Virus record (IMG/VR): IMGVR_UViG_2850796239_000009
Origin: a virus
Taxonomy: Duplodnaviria > Heunggongvirae > Uroviricota > Caudoviricetes
Direction: 5' to 3' (one strand)
Length of the DNA stretch: 56,870 bases
Positions within the stretch are counted from its first letter, which is position 1, and each line of letters begins with the position of its first letter. Of the stretch, positions 55,587-56,870 are shown one piece after another. The position numbers and the translations under genes are program-made. The notes below the pieces were generated by a model. The model had not been told where the DNA came from. It saw nothing but the letters and a program-made list of their open reading frames with translations, and made no database searches.

Positions 55587-56870
55587 ATGGATTTCCAGTT
55601 ATATTCGCTCGGCGCAGCGTTAGTGTTTCATGAAATATTTTTTCCTGAATCATCAACGGCAATGGCGTTAATTCTGGCAATGGGAACCTATGGTGCAGGT
55701 TATGTGGCGCGTATTGTCGGAGCATTTATTTTCGGCAAAATGGGCGACAGAATAGGGCGTAAAAAAGTGCTCTTTATTACCATCACCATGATGGGGATCT
55801 GTACCACCTTAATTGGAGTGTTACCGACCTATGCACAGATTGGTGTTTTTGCACCCATCTTGCTGGTGACGCTGCGTATTATTCAGGGGTTGGGTGCAGG
55901 TGCGGAAATTTCCGGTGCCGGTACGATGCTGGCGGAATATGCGCCAAAAGGTAAGCGCGGAATTATCTCCTCATTTGTAGCTATGGGAACTAACTGCGGA
56001 ACCTTGAGCGCAACGGCAATCTGGGCCTTTATGTTCTTCATTCTCAGTAAAGAGGAACTGCTGGCGTGGGGATGGAGTATACCGTTCCTGGCGAGCGTTG
56101 TCGTGATGGTCTTTGCTATCTGGTTGCGTATGAATCTGAAAGAAAGCCCGGTCTTTGAGAAGGTTAACGACAGCAACCAACCGACAGCAAAACCTGCACC
56201 TGCTGGTAGCATGTTCCAGAGCAAATCCTTCTGGCTGGCAACAGGGCTGCGTTTTGGTCAGGCGGGTAACTCCGGGTTAATTCAGACTTTCCTTGCAGGC
56301 TATTTAGTACAGACGTTATTGTTTAACAAAGCAATTCCAACAGATGCATTGATGATCAGTTCGATTCTCGGCTTTATGACCATTCCGTTCCTTGGTTGGT
56401 TATCCGATAAAATTGGTCGCCGGATCCCGTATATTATTATGAATACCTCTGCGATTGTGCTGGCATGGCCAATGCTTTCTATCATCGTAGATAAAAGCTA
56501 TGCCCCGAGCACCATTATGGTTGCACTGATTGTGATTCATAACTGTGCGGTGCTGGGATTATTTGCTCTGGAAAATATTACCATGGCAGAAATGTTCGGC
56601 TGTAAAAACCGCTTTACCCGGATGGCTATTTCTAAAGAAATTGGTGGTCTTATCGCTTCCGGTTTTGGTCCTATCCTTGCGGGTATTTTCTGCACCATGA
56701 CGGAATCCTGGTATCCGATCGCCATTATGATCATGGCATATTCAGTGATTGGTTTAATCTCTGCGCTGAAAATGCCAGAAGTGAAAGACCGTGATTTAAG
56801 TGCGCTGGAAGACGCTGCGGAAGAACAACCGCGTGTTGTAAGAGCTGCGCAACCTTCCAGAAGTCTGTAA
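55587..56870 (+). CDS. ydfJ: MFS transporter (metabolite:H+ symporter family), N-terminally truncated by the prophage junction
   Basis: 427-aa ORF with 10 or more predicted TM helices; begins inside the first conserved MFS motif region (DFQLYSLGAALVF...GDRIGRKK), so roughly 25-40 N-terminal residues are missing. Confidence 0.7.
   Translation: MDFQLYSLGAALVFHEIFFPESSTAMALILAMGTYGAGYVARIVGAFIFGKMGDRIGRKKVLFITITMMGICTTLIGVLPTYAQIGVFAPILLVTLRIIQGLGAGAEISGAGTMLAEYAPKGKRGIISSFVAMGTNCGTLSATAIWAFMFFILSKEELLAWGWSIPFLASVVVMVFAIWLRMNLKESPVFEKVNDSNQPTAKPAPAGSMFQSKSFWLATGLRFGQAGNSGLIQTFLAGYLVQTLLFNKAIPTDALMISSILGFMTIPFLGWLSDKIGRRIPYIIMNTSAIVLAWPMLSIIVDKSYAPSTIMVALIVIHNCAVLGLFALENITMAEMFGCKNRFTRMAISKEIGGLIASGFGPILAGIFCTMTESWYPIAIMIMAYSVIGLISALKMPEVKDRDLSALEDAAEEQPRVVRAAQPSRSL

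Noticed and set aside
55185-55623. Small ORFs in the AT-rich junction upstream of the MFS gene (55185-55523 minus, 55414-55623 plus)
   Set aside because: Low-GC DNA at the prophage boundary with no ribosome-binding site or motif support; more likely non-coding att-flank sequence.

Overview
This window is the right-hand ~55 kb of a decayed, mosaic lambdoid prophage ending at a 5'-truncated MFS transporter gene (ydfJ-like, 55587-56870). The left part is a Qin-like early/lysis region: IS3-family fragment, relB-relE-hokD, rem, ydfU, rusA, Q antiterminator, pR'/tR', two tRNAs, an AT-rich cargo region, holin, lysozyme, Rz/Rz1, cspI, ynfN, gnsB. After an IS5-family copy this joins a lambda-type cos and morphogenesis module (Nu1, A, W, B, C, D, E, FI, FII, Z, U, V, G/T, H, M, L, K, I, J, lom, stf, tfa, pin). 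The prophage is heavily disrupted: three 916-bp IS5-family copies, two IS10-like copies, one IS66-family element, in-frame amber codons in lysozyme and Nu1, and many 1-nt frame breaks that sit almost entirely in homopolymer runs, so they may be sequencing artefacts. The most interesting feature is an ~11.8-kb integrase-bearing, satellite-like element (17134-28946) inserted inside portal gene B. It carries its own cos site, a Nu1-like small terminase, paralogs of the lambda major capsid (E) and decoration (D) proteins, a primase-helicase with an iteron origin, an SSB-like protein, and an array of ~54-bp repeats each holding a different covarying palindrome. All identifications rest on reading the sequence and on recalled protein families; no database search was run.
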